Source: an uncultured Desulfobacter sp.
GTDB taxonomy: Bacteria > Desulfobacterota > Desulfobacteria > Desulfobacterales > Desulfobacteraceae
Reading direction: 5' to 3'
Assembly (NCBI GenBank): GCA_963665095.1
Contig: OY762069.1
Span: 1-64,000 of the forward strand
Length of the DNA stretch: 64,000 bases
Position numbers and translations under genes: made by a program. Below are positions 61,779-64,000 of this stretch, piece after piece (within the stretch, counting starts at the first letter, position 1; the number at the start of each line of letters is the position of its first letter). Below the pieces are notes generated by a model. It was given only the letters and a program-made list of their open reading frames with translations, did not search any database and was not told the origin of the DNA.

Positions 61779-62124
61779 CCCCCCATTCCTTTCTCCGGTC
61801 TTTATATCGGGCAGAATTCTGAATTTACATGAACTGCTAACACAATTTTAATTTTTTTGTATTACTATTGTGCAAGTATATGATGCGCTGTCTTTGGTAT
61901 ATGCTCCAAAGCAGCCGACTTTTTTACGGCGTCTTTCAACCAATCTGTATTGATATGGGTTCCGGAACTGCGTATCCGGCAGAAGCATCGGCGAAAAAAA
62001 TGTTGGATCGAAACAAAATCCTAATCATTGGCTAATATAATATTAAACTGAAGCTAATAAAACAGGTATGGATTTTATTATAGATTGTGCATGAGATGCC
62101 CAAATATACTGTAAGGAAAACAGA

Positions 62125-63513
62125 ATGTCACCCACACATTTGCTTTTAACGCTTTTGATGCTGACAGCGGCTGGATTTTTTATTGGCCGTTACAAGGCCT
62201 TTGCTGTATCGAAAGCCTGTGGGGGCATTAAGACCCTGCACTCCCGGCCGACCCACTACGGCGCTCTGGCCTGCCTGTGGTGCCTGGCTCCCTCATTGAT
62301 TGTCTTTTCTTTCTGGCTGTTTTTTCAATCTACTATCATCACCGATATTGTTGTCTCTGATCTGCCTGGGCATATCCGCTCCCTGCCGGACGCCCGGCTC
62401 AATCTTATTGTCAATGACATTCAGAACATTGTTGAAGGAAATATTACCGGCCTGAAGATCACGCCTGAGATGCAGGCGGCAGCCGAACGGTATACATCCC
62501 TGAAACAGACATCCCAGGCAGCCCTGACAGTCCTTATCATATTGATATCCGTTACAGGTATCGCTGGTGTGTGGTGGCGGATCAGGCCTTCTCTCCGTGC
62601 CAGGAACCATGTGGAAAATGTGGTCCAGGTTCTGCTGATTGCCTGTTCAACCCTGGCGGTTTTTACCACAGTGGGCATTGTGCTCTCTGTGCTGTATGAA
62701 GCCATCCGCTTTTTTAAGGTCATTCCGATATATTCATTTTTATTTGGCCTTGAATGGAGTCCCCAGATGGCCATTCATGCCGAGCAGATCGGGTCATCCG
62801 GGGCCTTTGGCGCTGTTCCGGTGATTCTGGGAACCTTGCTGATTACAGGCATTGCCATGTGCGTGGCAGTGCCCATCGGGCTGATGTCCGCCGTGTACCT
62901 GTCTGAGTATGCCAATAAAAAATTTCGCAGCATTGCCAAACCGCTTCTGGAGATCCTGGCCGGGATTCCCACGGTGGTGTACGGTTTTTTTGCCGCCCTT
63001 GTGGTGGCGCCGGCCATCAGAAATGCCGGAGTTATGCTGGGTCTGGATGTCTCTTCGGAAAGTGCACTGGCAGCCGGCATTGTCATGGGAATCATGATCA
63101 TCCCCTTTGTATCATCCCTGTCCGATGACGTGATCAATGCCGTTCCCCAGTCCCTGCGGGATGGTGCCTTAGGGCTTGGCTCCACCCGGAGCGAAACCAT
63201 CACAAAGGTTGTCCTGCCGGCAGCCTTGCCCGGCATTGTGGGCGGTGTGCTCCTGGCGGTTTCCAGGGCCATTGGTGAAACCATGATTGTTGTCATGGCT
63301 GCAGGTCTGTCCGCCAACCTCACAGCCAATCCCTTGAAGGCCGTGACAACGGTGACTGTCCAGATTGTCACGCTTCTGGTGGGGGATCAGGAGTTTGACA
63401 GTCCCAAAACCCTGGCCGCCTTTGCCTTAGGGTTACTGCTGTTTGCCGTTACCCTGGTTCTTAATGTGATCGCTTTGATGGTGGTCAGAAAATACAGGGA
63501 GCAGTATGAATAA
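62125..63513 (+). CDS. pstC: Phosphate ABC permease PstC with an N-terminal extension
   Basis: Motifs LEILAGIPTVVYG, SRAIGETMIV and DQEFDSPKTL. Confidence 0.95.
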   Translation: MSPTHLLLTLLMLTAAGFFIGRYKAFAVSKACGGIKTLHSRPTHYGALACLWCLAPSLIVFSFWLFFQSTIITDIVVSDLPGHIRSLPDARLNLIVNDIQNIVEGNITGLKITPEMQAAAERYTSLKQTSQAALTVLIILISVTGIAGVWWRIRPSLRARNHVENVVQVLLIACSTLAVFTTVGIVLSVLYEAIRFFKVIPIYSFLFGLEWSPQMAIHAEQIGSSGAFGAVPVILGTLLITGIAMCVAVPIGLMSAVYLSEYANKKFRSIAKPLLEILAGIPTVVYGFFAALVVAPAIRNAGVMLGLDVSSESALAAGIVMGIMIIPFVSSLSDDVINAVPQSLRDGALGLGSTRSETITKVVLPAALPGIVGGVLLAVSRAIGETMIVVMAAGLSANLTANPLKAVTTVTVQIVTLLVGDQEFDSPKTLAAFALGLLLFAVTLVLNVIALMVVRKYREQYE

Positions 63514-64000
63514 GTTTGATTTACACCCCATGACTGCTGGTGGTGTCCGAACCATTGATGTTGTCAAAAAAGGGCTTGGGAAGCGATACCGGAAAGAGAG
63601 ACGATTCAGGCTGTTCGGGTTGGCTGCCGTGATCATGAGTCTGAGTTTTGTGTCCCTGCTGTTTATCAGTATCATTTTTAACGGGTACTCCGCCTTTCAG
63701 CAGACCACGATCCAGCTGGACGTGTTTCTGGACCCTGCGATCATCGATAAGGATGCTCTTGCAGCAGCCAACTATTCCCTCCTTGTCCGTAATTCTTTGT
63801 CAGTCTCCTTTCCGGATGTCAGAACCCGTGAGGAGAAGCGCAAACTGCACGCACTTGTCAGTTCGGGTGCTTCCTATATCCTCCAGGATTTTGTTTTCCG
63901 GAACCGTCATGAGATCGGCAATACCGTAAAGATATGGGTGCCGGCAGATGATGATGTGGATATGCTTGTCAAAGGGCATATTGACCGCAGTAAACCCGAG
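63506..64000 (+). CDS. pstA: Phosphate ABC permease PstA (5' part; runs off the window)
   Basis: The ATG overlaps the pstC end; RYRKERRFRLFG precedes a TM helix; the frame stays open to the window edge. Confidence 0.85.
   Translation, partial: MNKFDLHPMTAGGVRTIDVVKKGLGKRYRKERRFRLFGLAAVIMSLSFVSLLFISIIFNGYSAFQQTTIQLDVFLDPAIIDKDALAAANYSLLVRNSLSVSFPDVRTREEKRKLHALVSSGASYILQDFVFRNRHEIGNTVKIWVPADDDVDMLVKGHIDRSKPE

Overview
A 64-kb bacterial chromosomal segment. Gene content suggests a sulfate-reducing Desulfobacterota, probably Desulfobacter-like (inferred, not established). From left to right: (1) a decaying TRAP dctQM plus UroD/MtaA-family locus, followed by an intact XRE-cupin regulator and glycerate kinase; (2) rapA, lysE, an aldehyde:ferredoxin oxidoreductase with two MoaD-like carriers and a MoeB/ThiF enzyme, ftsY, a diguanylate cyclase, PPi-PFK and trmO; (3) an accessory stretch at about 17.8-26.2 kb with hicAB, a secreted vWA repeat protein and partner, frameshifted DUF429, an atypical ADP-ribosylglycohydrolase and gene relics; (4) a 15.4-kb minus-strand signalling operon in which an output-less periplasmic-binding/PAS sensor precedes a stressosome (RsbR, RsbS, RsbT, PP2C), hybrid kinases and an HD-GYP phosphodiesterase; (5) msrAB, an orphan eutS/eutP pair, and a eukaryote-type arginine kinase coupled to a small Cys-rich gene; (6) TetR, a MoxR/Bat operon, a 126-bp palindromic element, DJ-1, lepB, gpsA, flavodoxin, a ferritin-like protein, rnhA, mlaC, pstC and the start of pstA. 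I recognised no rRNA, tRNA or CRISPR array. The best candidate for an undescribed system is the stressosome operon, which may sense extracellular ligands and includes a kinase with an RsbT-like input domain. All calls come from reading motifs by eye; no database searches were run.
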